Assembly (NCBI GenBank): GCA_041576165.1
Contig: JBFGLM010000059.1
Span: 1 to 25,214, forward strand
Length of the DNA stretch: 25,214 bases
From: Acidimicrobiia bacterium
GTDB lineage: Bacteria; Actinomycetota; Acidimicrobiia; Spongiisociales; Spongiisociaceae
Direction: 5' to 3'
A program made the position numbers and the translations under genes. The notes beneath the pieces were generated by a model. It saw only the letters and a program-made list of their open reading frames with translations. It was not told the DNA's origin and made no database searches. Below are positions 1-8,974 of this stretch, piece after piece. How positions within the stretch are numbered: position 1 is the stretch's first letter; the number at the start of each line of letters is the position of its first letter.

Positions 1-150
1 ATGCAGGCCGACGCCCGAGTGCGTTCGACGGCAGAGGCGATCTCGGGCTTCCTGTTCGGCACGCCCATCGACGGCACAACCTTCGAGCATGTCTCTGGCG
101 ATCCCGCATCGACCCGCCTCCTCATCGCAGCGCTGGGTGGCACTGACTGA
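1..150 (+). CDS. 3' end of a CDS entering from the left (unknown product)
   Basis: Frame 1 is open from the window edge to TGA at 148-150 (…QADARVRSTAEAISGFLFGTPIDGTTFEHVSGDPASTRLLIAALGGTD*) with GC-rich third positions; too short to assign. Confidence 0.5.
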   Translation: MQADARVRSTAEAISGFLFGTPIDGTTFEHVSGDPASTRLLIAALGGTD

Positions 151-301
151 CCGTCCGAGGTGACACAAGAGCCCGAATCGACAGCAGAATGTTCATCTCG
201 GCGAAGCCTCTGTCGCGCACGGGGAACGAGGCTGGCGGAGTCGACAGCTCGGTGACGGCGCCGGGTGAATCGAAGTCCATCACCAGGGTCATGCCCGCCG
301 G

Positions 302-1396
302 CTAGGCAAGCTCGACGGCGCGGCCCTCCTCTGAGGACCGTCGAAGCGCCTCGAGCAGCTCATGCAACCTCGTGGCGTGATCGAAGTCGGGGTCGAAGCG
401 TCTGCCCTCGCGTATTGCGTCTGCGATTCGGGCGTAGGCCTGGGCAACGTTGCGGGCAGGTCCGTCTGGCACGGCTGATGTCGCGAGACGGAGGCGTTCC
501 GGCACGGGTAGCGGGGCGAGTGGTTCGTCGCCTTGTGCGCCAATGAGCGTGATGGGGCTGATCTGAGGCAGCCCTGGTGTCGTGGCCACGAGTGTGCCTT
601 TGGTGCCGTAGACCGCCATGCGCCAGCTACTCCCGTTGAAGGGAACCGAGGCCATGTGGAAGGAGAGGCGCCCGCCGCTGACGAGCGAACCGGTGAGGGC
701 CACGCTGTCGGGTGCATCCACATCGATGGTCTCGCCAGTGTCGGTCAGGTGCCACTTTGGCACCTGAGTGGTTACTGACGCCGAGATCTCAGCCAGGGGG
801 CCGAACGAGTGTGAGAGGTAGTCGAGGCTGTGACCGGCCACGATGGTCATGAGGTTGGCGCCGTTCTTGGCGTCGCCCATCCATGCGTTGCTCGAGTCGC
901 TACTTCCGGCACCGCTGCCGAACATCGTCATATGGACGGAGAGCACGTCACCCAACCAACCTTCTTCGTGTAGTTCTTTGATGTAGGTGAGGGACGAGTC
1001 CTGGCGCCCTTGGAGCCCGACTGCGGTGACGGCACCTCTTGCTCGAGCCAGCGTTGCCATCTCTTGCGCTTCGGCGAGGTTTGCGCCGAGTGGCCACTCG
1101 CAGAAGACGTGCTTCCCGGCGTCGAGAGCCGGCATGACGACTTGGCGGTGTGCGGGGACTCTCACGACGACAGCTATCAGGTCGATGTCGGGCTGCGCCG
1201 CTAGGTCACTCACATCGTGGAATGCTCTGACGTCATAGGCGTCGGCTGCGGCTGCTGCGGATTCGGGGCGACTGGTGCAAACCGCTGCCAATACGAGGTT
1301 CTCGAGTGCCCGGATCGCTGGTATGTGGACCATCGGGCCCCAACCTCTCCCAGCGGCGTCGGCGCCAACGAGTCCAACACGCAGTCTGTCGTTCAC
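302..1396 (-). CDS. Gfo/Idh/MocA family oxidoreductase
   Basis: N-terminal Rossmann fold (LRVGLVGA…GWG), GKHVFCEWPL motif, GHSLD; start overlaps the MarR stop. Confidence 0.92.
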   Translation of the reverse strand: MNDRLRVGLVGADAAGRGWGPMVHIPAIRALENLVLAAVCTSRPESAAAAADAYDVRAFHDVSDLAAQPDIDLIAVVVRVPAHRQVVMPALDAGKHVFCEWPLGANLAEAQEMATLARARGAVTAVGLQGRQDSSLTYIKELHEEGWLGDVLSVHMTMFGSGAGSSDSSNAWMGDAKNGANLMTIVAGHSLDYLSHSFGPLAEISASVTTQVPKWHLTDTGETIDVDAPDSVALTGSLVSGGRLSFHMASVPFNGSSWRMAVYGTKGTLVATTPGLPQISPITLIGAQGDEPLAPLPVPERLRLATSAVPDGPARNVAQAYARIADAIREGRRFDPDFDHATRLHELLEALRRSSEEGRAVELA

Positions 1397-1890
1397 GTTT
1401 GCTCCCTTGTTCGGGTGTCTTGGGTATGCGCAGCGTCTATGGCGTCGCCGAGCTTGGCCATGATCCGGCGCAGCTCTGCCATCTCATCCACCGTGAGGTT
1501 GGAGCCGAGATGACGGTCGATGCCACGCAGATGCACCCGACCCGCCTGCCGGAAGACCTCCTCGCCCAGCGGAGTGAGTGCGACAAATCTGCCGCGACCA
1601 TCGGTTGCGCATGAGCGGCGCTCCACAATCCCGTCACGTTCCAATCGGTCGATGAGCCGGGTGACACCGCTGCGTGTGATGGGAAGGGCGTCGGCGAGCT
1701 CGGAAGGGCGCAGGGCTTCGTTCTCGGCTTTCGCGAGCATCAACAGGATGCTGTACCGCTCAAACGGCATCCCGGTCTCGTCCTCCATTTCTCCGACAAG
1801 CACGCCGTGTAGCTCTGTGAGGGTCGCCCACAGCGTCCGATACGTCTCTGACGCTTCAGTGGTTCGGAGTTGCACAGCCATGTCCCTCAC
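1393..1890 (-). CDS. MarR family transcriptional regulator
   Basis: LRPSELADALPITRSGVTRLIDRLERDGIVERRSCATDGRG winged HTH; start could be GTG 1890 or ATG 1881. Confidence 0.93.
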   Translation of the reverse strand: MRDMAVQLRTTEASETYRTLWATLTELHGVLVGEMEDETGMPFERYSILLMLAKAENEALRPSELADALPITRSGVTRLIDRLERDGIVERRSCATDGRGRFVALTPLGEEVFRQAGRVHLRGIDRHLGSNLTVDEMAELRRIMAKLGDAIDAAHTQDTRTREQT

Positions 1891-1905
1891 TCTAGCTAGG
1901 ACAAG

Positions 1906-1922
1906 TTGATTGACTCAATCAA
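1906..1922. promoter_or_regulatory. Palindromic operator, probable MarR binding site
   Basis: Perfect 8-bp inverted repeat TTGATTGA-C-TCAATCAA between the divergent marR and membrane-protein genes. Confidence 0.7.
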
Positions 1923-1947
1923 TCTGTTAGAGTTTCGGGGGCACTCA

Positions 1948-1964
1948 TCGACTGACGCAATCAC
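1948..1964. promoter_or_regulatory. Second, degenerate copy of the putative MarR operator
   Basis: TCGACTGACGCAATCAC matches the 1906-1922 palindrome at 13 of 17 positions. Confidence 0.5.
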
Positions 1965-2026
1965 TTGGGGCCCGGGGGGCGCACCCGGACTAGTGGCCGG
2001 TCGGAATCGAATCTTGGAGGACTGTC

Positions 2027-2473
2027 GTGAACGTTTCGTTGGTTAAGGCCGGACTCATCGGGATCGCCGTTGCCCTGGCCCTGGTCACCGTCGGCTACTT
2101 GACGGCCGATGCGGTGAGCGGTCCTCTGCTCGTGACACAACCCGGAGGCGAATCCGTCGCAGAGGTCGTGATCGGTCAGGCCTTGATGTTCACCGTCCTC
2201 GGTGGCGGCGTGGGGATCGGACTGGCGCTCGTCGCACAGCGATTGGGACGGCCGCAAGCAACCTTCGTCGCCGTGTGCGCGGTGGGGTTGGTGCTCTACG
2301 GGATCATTCCATTCACCACCGCCGAGGAGACATTGACGGCGATCTGGCTGAACGTCCTGCACCTGGCTGCGGCTGTGCCGATCGTAGGTTTGCTGTCTCG
2401 CCAACTCCCCGTCGAGCGGCGGGCAACCGGACGCCCTCTCTCGGCAACACCCTCGCAGGAGAACACGCTGTGA
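2027..2473 (+). CDS. Small 4-TM membrane protein (DUF6069-like)
   Basis: GGAGG RBS before GTG; four hydrophobic helices; C-terminal 'LNVLHLAAA' His-containing helix. Confidence 0.75.
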   Translation: MNVSLVKAGLIGIAVALALVTVGYLTADAVSGPLLVTQPGGESVAEVVIGQALMFTVLGGGVGIGLALVAQRLGRPQATFVAVCAVGLVLYGIIPFTTAEETLTAIWLNVLHLAAAVPIVGLLSRQLPVERRATGRPLSATPSQENTL

Positions 2474-2901
2474 CTGACGAGAAGGAAGAGATGGACGACA
2501 TCAACACCCAGGTGATCGAGGACTTCCGGGCCAACGACGGCTCGGTGGGCGGGTTCTTCGAGGGCAAGCCCGTGTTGATCCTGCACAACACCGGCGCCAA
2601 GACCGGAAAGCTGCGACTGAATCCACTGGTCTACGCCACCCACAACCGGAGCTACGTGGTCGCCGCAAGCAAAGGTGGTGCGCACAACCACCCCCACTGG
2701 TTCCTCAATGTCCGGGCCAATCCCGACGTCACCGTCGCGGTTGGTACCGAGAAGTTCCCCGCCATCGCCACCACCGTGGAAGATGGCCAACTCCGTGACG
2801 AGCTCTATGCCAAGCTGGTAGCGATCATGCCGCAGTTCGGCACATACGAAACGATGACCGAGCGACGTATCCCGGTGGTGCTGCTCGACCGCTCGGATTG
2901 A
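2470..2901 (+). CDS. Deazaflavin (F420H2)-dependent nitroreductase/quinone reductase (Ddn family)
   Basis: INTQVIEDFRANDG, TGAKTGKLRLNPL, VVAASKGGA-H-PHWFLNVRANP, RRIPVVLL; GTGA overlap with the upstream stop (alternative start ATG 2491). Confidence 0.92.
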   Translation: MTDEKEEMDDINTQVIEDFRANDGSVGGFFEGKPVLILHNTGAKTGKLRLNPLVYATHNRSYVVAASKGGAHNHPHWFLNVRANPDVTVAVGTEKFPAIATTVEDGQLRDELYAKLVAIMPQFGTYETMTERRIPVVLLDRSD

Positions 2902-2909
2902 CGTTGTCG

Positions 2910-3899
2910 ATGACGAACGTGCCGAAGCGGATGCGAGCCGTCGTGCTCGAGGCCCCCGGACCACCCGAGGCGCTCCAGATCCGCGAGCTGCCGGTTCCCT
3001 CCCCCGACGCCGGGCAGGTCCTGATCAAGGTCGAAGCGTTCGGATTGAACCGGTCGGAACTTCACACGCGGCTCGGTCTTGCGGATGGGGTGACGTTCCC
3101 TCGTGTCCTCGGTATTGAGGCCACCGGCACCGTGGTCGACTGTCCCGGCGGGGAGTTGGCGCCGGGCCAGCAAGTCGCCGCCATGATGGGCGGTATGGGC
3201 CGCACCTTTCACGGTGGTTACGCCGAATACACCTGTGTTCCTGTTCGCCAGACCGTTCCGTTCACCAGCGATCTCGACTGGGCCACCCTCGGTGCCGTAC
3301 CCGAGATGCTCCAGACCTCACACGGGTCGCTGACGGTTGGCCTCGACGCGCAGCGCGACCAATCGATCCTGATCCGCGGAGGCACCTCGTCGATTGGCAT
3401 GGCCACCGCAGTGCTTGCCACACGGCGAGGCATGACGGTGCTCTCCACCACCCGCAAACCCTCACGTACTGAGGTCCTTCGGAGCATCGGCGTCGACCAC
3501 CCGCTGATCGACGACGGCAACGTCGCAGCCCAGGTCCGCGAACTCTTTCCCAGCGGCGTCGACACCGCCCTCGAACTGGTCGGAACACCCACCCTGCCCG
3601 ATACGCTGCGCGCCACAAAGGTCCACGGCGTCGTGTGTTTCACCGGGATGCTCTCGAACCAATGGACCGTGCCGGACTTCTACCCGATCGAATACCTCCC
3701 ACGGGGTGTCCGGCTCACCGCCTACGGCGGCGACGCCAGCGATCTCCCCGCCGACGTGCTCCAGGACTTCCTCGACGCCGTCGCCGCAGGCGACGCCCAC
3801 GCACCCATCCATCGCACGTACCGGATCGACGAGATCTCACAAGCCCACGCCGACATGGAGGCGGGACGCGCCACCGGCAAACTCGTCGTCCTTCCTTGA
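2910..3899 (+). CDS. NADPH:quinone oxidoreductase-like MDR family protein
   Basis: VLIKVEAFGLNRSE, GGYAEY, IRGGTSSIG nucleotide-binding motif, GKLVVL C-terminus. Confidence 0.92.
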   Translation: MTNVPKRMRAVVLEAPGPPEALQIRELPVPSPDAGQVLIKVEAFGLNRSELHTRLGLADGVTFPRVLGIEATGTVVDCPGGELAPGQQVAAMMGGMGRTFHGGYAEYTCVPVRQTVPFTSDLDWATLGAVPEMLQTSHGSLTVGLDAQRDQSILIRGGTSSIGMATAVLATRRGMTVLSTTRKPSRTEVLRSIGVDHPLIDDGNVAAQVRELFPSGVDTALELVGTPTLPDTLRATKVHGVVCFTGMLSNQWTVPDFYPIEYLPRGVRLTAYGGDASDLPADVLQDFLDAVAAGDAHAPIHRTYRIDEISQAHADMEAGRATGKLVVLP

Positions 3900-4368
3900 A
3901 CAAGGGCACCGAAGGCCATTCGGTCGGCGCGACCTCGTTCGTGCTCTCCCCACTTGGAACTCACACGAACCCTGGTAGCACTCCAGCCGACTCGTAGAAT
4001 CGAATCGCCGACGCCTCCAACACCGCTCGCACCAATGCTTGTCCGATCCTCATTACTGGGACGTTAAACCTTCAAGCGACTCGAAGGTCAAGACGGCATG
4101 GCCGATTTGGCGACCCGTTGTCGACACCGATGCTCCATAAGTCTGCTGAAGCCTCCACCCCAGTCAGGGTTTGAGAAACGCCACTCCAGTACCAAGCAGG
4201 ACAAGGTACGAAAACTGTGCCCTCCAGGGCGATGTGGGGTCCGAGAACGACCAGTGGGCCTGATAGCACGGCCTTCACACCTCGAAGTAGCTGGTTAGGG
4301 GCCTGAGTAGGTACCCGATCGGTGTCGACGGCCGAGCGAGTGCTGCACAACACCCTCCCTGCCCCGCC

Positions 4369-4862
4369 ATGACAGCAGCCGTGGTCGTCGATCGGGTGAG
4401 CCGCGAGTTCGTCGGCGGAAAGGTATTCCGTAAGAAGGGCGAAAGGATTGTCGCTCTCGATCAGGTCTCCTTGACCGTCGAGCAGGTCCATGACGTGGGC
4501 GCAGAGGCTCGGCATCCTCCCACTCCTCGTCTCCTCGCGTAGTCGCGTCTATGTGACGTTCCTTGGGCGGAGCGTGCAGTGGATCCCGATGCAACCGGCA
4601 CCTCGTTCGTCGGCCTCCTCGTGGCGACCGCCGTGTTCGATGTCTCCTTCCCGCTCCCTAGATCGTTGCCCAGGGATTCCCCGTCACCCACGGGCTTCAC
4701 GCCATGCGGGCGGTCATCGATGGCGCGCCTCCCGGTTCGGTGCTCAGCGCTGCCGCTTGGTGTGTGGTCGCTGGAGTCGCATGGTTCGTGGCGGTATCAC
4801 TTTGGTTCGAAGGTTTCGCCGAAGAGGTCCGCCGCGACGGGTCGATCGAGTACGCGTTGTGA
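4369..4862 (+). pseudogene. Collapsed ABC-2 exporter operon remnant (ATPase N-terminus joined to permease fragments)
   Basis: MTAAVVVDRVSREF…RIVALDQVSLTVEQ (ABC ATPase start, ends before Walker A), then TWAQRLGILPLLVSS…FLGRSVQWIP(D)ATGTSFVGLL, then AQGFPVTHGLHAMRAVIDG…VRRDGSIEYAL* in changing frames. Confidence 0.7.
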
Positions 4863-4904
4863 GTCGCTGGGCCGACGATGATGGCCTGGAGTAGCGTGTC
4901 CTGC

Positions 4905-5258
4905 ATGCTCATCGACGAACTGCTGGCGAAGGAGCATCGCTTCTGGCGGGCGGCGGGTGACGCCGACTTCTATCGGGAGCACTTCGCCGACGACGGACTC
5001 ATGGTGTTCCACATTGGTTTGATGTCCAAGGATGACGTGGTGGCGTCAATGAGTGGCGCCGAGGAGTGGGAGAGCTACACGATCGACTCGCCGACCTGTG
5101 TGCCGATAACGAGCGACGTCGCAGCCCTCGTGTACACGACCGTCGCCACCACCGCCGACGGGTCCGAATACACCGCAGCAGTGACGAGCGTGTACTCGAG
5201 ACGGGACGCCGGCTGGACGCTCGTCCTCCACCAACAGACACCGCGCTCATTCGACTAG
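4905..5258 (+). CDS. NTF2/SnoaL-like (DUF4440) protein
   Basis: ADFYREHFADDGLMVF…SVYSRRDAGWTLVLHQQTP; TAGCGT -10 box 7 nt before ATG 4905. Confidence 0.88.
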   Translation: MLIDELLAKEHRFWRAAGDADFYREHFADDGLMVFHIGLMSKDDVVASMSGAEEWESYTIDSPTCVPITSDVAALVYTTVATTADGSEYTAAVTSVYSRRDAGWTLVLHQQTPRSFD

Positions 5259-5662
5259 CCGGCTGGATCCGTCCGTAGCGAGCCGGCGACTTCACCCGTT
5301 ACCTCCCCTGGCGGCCAGCTCGGCGGGCGCGACAATCCACCGATGAGCCAGCGCTTCGTCTGCCACAAACACTCACTGGGGCGCGATATACCCGGTGGGG
5401 TGATGCCGCCGACGCCGAGCACATCTGGGCCGAGTGACGCGGCCCACATCCAACCCGTTTGGCCGCAGATACAGCGGTCACGTCGAGCAGCATGGCGTGA
5501 AGCTCTTCGCTCGGCGAGGGTCGAAGGTGCGAGAAACGACACTTTCCTATCAAATAGGACAGGCTGCCAGAAACCACGTACCGAACAGGGGAAACACTGG
5601 GTTCGGAAACCTCGCGGTGGGCCTAACTGGACAGTTCCTGAACCAACTACCAGTGAGGTAGA

Positions 5663-5709
5663 GCAGTTCGCAAAGCGAACTGCCAACGGACTCGCCTCCG
5701 GCGAGTCCG
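5663..5709 (-). terminator. Two hairpins immediately downstream of the tRNA
   Basis: CGGACTCGCC-TCC-GGCGAGTCCG (5687-5709) and GCAGTTCGC-AAA-GCGAACTGC (5663-5683), both perfect stems. Confidence 0.55.
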
Positions 5710-5711
5710 CG

Positions 5712-5785
5712 TGGGCCCGGCAGGACTCGAACCTGCGGCCAAGGGATTATGAGTCCCCTGCTCTAACCAACTGAGCTACGGGCCC
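5712..5785 (-). tRNA. tRNA with CAT anticodon, most likely tRNA-Ile2 (lysidine-modified)
   Basis: Reverse complement GGGCCCGTAGCTCAGTTGGTTAGAGCAGGGGACTCATAATCCCTTGGCCGCAGGTTCGAGTCCTGCCGGGCCCA folds as a cloverleaf; paired G1-C72 excludes initiator Met; CCA not encoded. Confidence 0.93.
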
Positions 5786-5927
5786 GGAGAGACGATTCTA
5801 CGGCGAGCCAGCAGGGGACGAGTCCCTTCGAGGGACCTTCGAAGCATCCCTCACGCTGCAAACACACCTTCGACAACATCAAACCAAGATCACCAGCCGC
5901 AGCTCGCTCGTTCGAAGCACCTCATCC

Positions 5928-5977
5928 AACCAAGTGAGCTACGGGCCCGGAAAGACGATTCTACGGCGAGCAGCAGG
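5928..5977 (-). repeat. Direct-repeat copy of the tRNA 5' end plus its promoter (other copy 5765-5815)
   Basis: AACCAA(C/G)TGAGCTACGGGCCCGGA(G/A)AGACGATTCTACGGCGAGC(C)AGCAGG occurs twice; includes a TAGAAT -10 box on the minus strand. Confidence 0.9.
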
Positions 5978-6104
5978 CACGCCCGTGGAGGCACCCTTTG
6001 TCGCAGGGCTTGAGCCCGAACTGGTCGGCTTTCCTCTCGGTCGGTCGCCGCTGATCACGAGCTCCGGCGGCAGCCGGGCCGGCGGTCTGCAACACTGCGG
6101 CGGC

Positions 6105-7214
6105 GTGACCGAGTGGCGAGATCTCTTTACACGACTAGCTCACGTTGCCGATGAAGGCGCGGATCGGCTCCGAGCGCTGGTTGCCGATCGCCGAGGCGAT
6201 GCGCAACCGATGGTCGTCGTTCCCTACTTGACATACGGGACTCCCCACAGCCTGTGGAGCCGGGGACGGGTGCTGCGAGACCCCAGAATCGCCCCGGCTG
6301 CCGATGGGGATCGCGCCTGGCACAACCTGCTGCGGGCGTACCGCCGGTTCGCCTCGAACGAGATCGCCGGCGCAACCGTGCTCGCCGGCCTTGGTGCGGT
6401 TGCCAGAGAGACCCGCACAGACGAAGAGGGTTACTTCGATATCGAGCTGCACCCTCAGCGCCCGTTGCCCGCCGGCCAGTGGCACGAGCTCTCTATCGAA
6501 GCGTCGCTGCAGTCGTCAGGCCCTGCCATCGGCCGAGCCAAGGTGCTGGTTCCTGCGTCGAGTGCAGAAACGCTGATCATCAGCGACATCGACGACACGG
6601 TCCTGCACACCGAAGCGACCAGCCTGCTCCGAATGGTACGAAACACGTTGCTGCACAACGCGAAGACGAGAACGCCCTTCCTGGGGGTGAGCGAGCTGTA
6701 CGAGGCGCTGCGGCGGGGCGCAGCCGGCCACGCCGACAATCCGATCTTCTATGTATCCAACGGACCGTGGAATCTCTTCGACTTCATGGTCGACTTCATG
6801 GAGGTCAACCGGCTACCGCCCGGTCCGATCCTGTTGCGTGATTACGGGTTCGACAGCAACAAGCTCCTCACCGATCCGACCCACAAGCGGCGGACCATCG
6901 AGCGCATCCTCAGGACGTATCCGGCCACGCCGGTCGTCCTGATCGGAGACAGCGGCGAGCATGATCCAGAGATCTACCGCGACGTAGCACTCGATCAGCC
7001 GAACCGGATCAGAGCCGTCTACATCCGCGACGTATCGAGAGATCCCCGCGACGCAGGCGTCGCAAAGATCGCGTCCCAGCTCTATGCCGCCGGGATCGAC
7101 ATGCTGCTCGTGGCAACCTCGGCTGAGGCCGCCGCGCATGCGGCAGCTAAGGGCCTGATCACGCCTGACTCGGCTCACCAGGTCGCATCGGCCGTTGCCG
7201 CCCAGGCAAAGTGA
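6105..7214 (+). CDS. App1 family (DUF2183) phosphatidate phosphatase, HAD-like
   Basis: ISDIDDT (DxDxT), FYVSNGPWNL, LIGDSGEHD, IYIRDV-like motifs; GTG 6105 preferred because the longer ORF start runs into the tRNA repeat. Confidence 0.88.
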   Translation: MTEWRDLFTRLAHVADEGADRLRALVADRRGDAQPMVVVPYLTYGTPHSLWSRGRVLRDPRIAPAADGDRAWHNLLRAYRRFASNEIAGATVLAGLGAVARETRTDEEGYFDIELHPQRPLPAGQWHELSIEASLQSSGPAIGRAKVLVPASSAETLIISDIDDTVLHTEATSLLRMVRNTLLHNAKTRTPFLGVSELYEALRRGAAGHADNPIFYVSNGPWNLFDFMVDFMEVNRLPPGPILLRDYGFDSNKLLTDPTHKRRTIERILRTYPATPVVLIGDSGEHDPEIYRDVALDQPNRIRAVYIRDVSRDPRDAGVAKIASQLYAAGIDMLLVATSAEAAAHAAAKGLITPDSAHQVASAVAAQAK

Positions 7215-7218
7215 TCGC

Positions 7219-7590
7219 TTATTCGGCGATCTCGAGCTCGAGAAAATCGTGCACGTTCATGAAGCCCGGCGGCGGCTTGACTCCGCTTGGCACCCGTGAC
7301 CAGAACTCCTCCTCAGGCACCAACCGAGGATTCGTAACGGTGTGGGTCTTCGACCCGTCCCGCAGCTCCGCCTTACCGGCGGCGAGTACGTTGCGCACCC
7401 AATCAGACTCTGTGCCATACATCAGCACGAACAAGTAACTGTTTCCGTCCCGGAGCCGGGCAACCGGCGTCTCATAGACCCGGCCCGACTTGCGACCCTC
7501 GTGTATCACCACCACCCATTTGTCGTTTCTGGCCTGGCGCGGGTTGAAGACCCGTTTGTTGATCTTGGCGAGCAATCGGGGAAGCGGCAT
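7219..7590 (-). CDS. Nitroreductase-family deazaflavin-dependent oxidoreductase
   Basis: MPLPRLLAKINKRVFNP…HEGRKSGRVYETPV…YGTESDWVRNVLAAG; GGAGG RBS before ATG 7590. Confidence 0.88.
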   Translation of the reverse strand: MPLPRLLAKINKRVFNPRQARNDKWVVVIHEGRKSGRVYETPVARLRDGNSYLFVLMYGTESDWVRNVLAAGKAELRDGSKTHTVTNPRLVPEEEFWSRVPSGVKPPPGFMNVHDFLELEIAE

Positions 7591-7591
7591 C

Positions 7592-8575
7592 TCAACCCTC
7601 CATCTCGGAATCGACGATGGTGACGATCGTCTTGCCCCGAGCGTGACCTTCGCCTTGGTAGCGCAAGGCATCCGGAAGCTGATCGAAGCGGTAGGTGCGG
7701 TCGATCACCGTCTTCACCTTGCCGCTGTCCATCAGCTCGGCCAAGAGGACAAGGTCATCATTGTTGCTGGCCGCGCTGAGCAGCTTGACCTGGCGATCTC
7801 CGAGGAGCGATATCAGCGGCATGCGGATCATCCTGCCGAAGATCTTGGACATCTTCTTCGGAACGCTGGCCGCCACGTACCGGCCCGCCGGCTTGAGGAC
7901 CCGGCGACACGCCAGCACGGGGCGGATGCCAACCGTGTCGAAGAACAGGTCGTAACGATCTTCCGTTTCGAGGAAGTCGACTTGCGTGTAGTCGACCACC
8001 CGATCCGCCCCGAGTGAGCGGGCGGTCGCGACGTTGGGTGTGCTGCACACTGCGGTGACGTTCGCTCCGTAGGCCTTGGCGATCTGGATGGCATAGGTCC
8101 CGACTCCCCCGGATGCGCCGTTGATCAGCACGTCGTCGCTCGGCGTGATCTCTCCGGTCAGCCGCAGACCCTGCAGGGCGGTGGTCGCGGCGATCCCAGC
8201 TCCGCCTGCTTCCGCGAACGAGACATTGGCCGGCTTGAACGCCACGCTCTTCTCCTTCGCCGTGGCGAGCTCGGCGTAGGCGCCGGTGGCACCGCCGAAG
8301 ACCTCATCGCCCACGGCGAAATTGGTGATATCCGATCCGACGGCGGCGATCACCCCAGCTACGTCGCGGCCCATCCGTCCGTCCTTGGGCCGCCGCAGTC
8401 CGGCCGTCAGGCGTACCAGCCACGGCTTGCCAGTCATCATGTGCCAGTCGTAGGGGTTGACGGAGGTGGCATGCACCTCAATCACCACCTGATCCGGCTC
8501 GGGTACCGGCACCGGTCGCTCCACCTGAACGGCCACTTCCGGCGTCCCGTACTCGGTTTGGATGTATGCCTTCAT
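7592..8575 (-). CDS. NAD(P)-dependent alcohol dehydrogenase / MDR family oxidoreductase
   Basis: MKAYIQTEYG, VHATSVNPYD, LINGASGGVG, GHARGKTIVT. Confidence 0.92.
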   Translation of the reverse strand: MKAYIQTEYGTPEVAVQVERPVPVPEPDQVVIEVHATSVNPYDWHMMTGKPWLVRLTAGLRRPKDGRMGRDVAGVIAAVGSDITNFAVGDEVFGGATGAYAELATAKEKSVAFKPANVSFAEAGGAGIAATTALQGLRLTGEITPSDDVLINGASGGVGTYAIQIAKAYGANVTAVCSTPNVATARSLGADRVVDYTQVDFLETEDRYDLFFDTVGIRPVLACRRVLKPAGRYVAASVPKKMSKIFGRMIRMPLISLLGDRQVKLLSAASNNDDLVLLAELMDSGKVKTVIDRTYRFDQLPDALRYQGEGHARGKTIVTIVDSEMEG

Positions 8576-8614
8576 GGCCCTCTGTTCCAACGGACGTGTC
8601 CGTCAAGACGTTAC

Positions 8615-8867
8615 ATGCACTCGTTCTGCGCGCTGGTCCTCAACAACGGTCCCTCGACGGACGTCTACCCGGACATCAACGCCCTGATGCCAACGATCAG
8701 CCAGCACCAGGACTCGACTATCGGCACTGGTTGCGACGACGGAGTCGAGTTCCCTCGCTTCACTCAGTCTGCTCCTAGACGGCATCGAGCGCATCGTTGG
8801 CCGGGTCGACGATGTCATCCTCCCGGCGCCGACTGGAGCGGGCGCCGCCACTCGAGTCGGGGCATGA
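8615..8867 (+). pseudogene. Frameshifted C-terminal remnant of a TetR-family regulator
   Basis: …YPDINALMPTISQHQDSTIGTGCDDGVEF, then in the +1 frame SLSLLLDGIERIVG; resembles the TetR_C terminal helix (GCDDxxEFxFxLxLLLDGxER); no HTH present. Confidence 0.6.
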
Positions 8868-8974
8868 GCCGGGCAAGCCCGTTTGCTCGACGCGCGGACA
8901 CCCGACGATGTCCACTTCGTCACAGCGCGTTCGAGGGGCCTCGGGTCGTGAACCCGTCGCACCACCACCGGCGA

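Noticed and set aside
4170-4265. Short peptide (…YENCALQGDVGSENDQWA*) as a possible RiPP precursor upstream of the ABC remnant
   Set aside because: No convincing start or RBS, and no maturation enzymes nearby
4072-4515. 147-aa minus-strand ORF
   Set aside because: Antisense shadow of the + strand ABC transporter remnant
5260-5660. Degenerate integrase or arm-type sites downstream of tRNA-Ile2
   Set aside because: No recognisable R-H-R-H-Y catalytic motifs and no duplicated tRNA 3' end within the window
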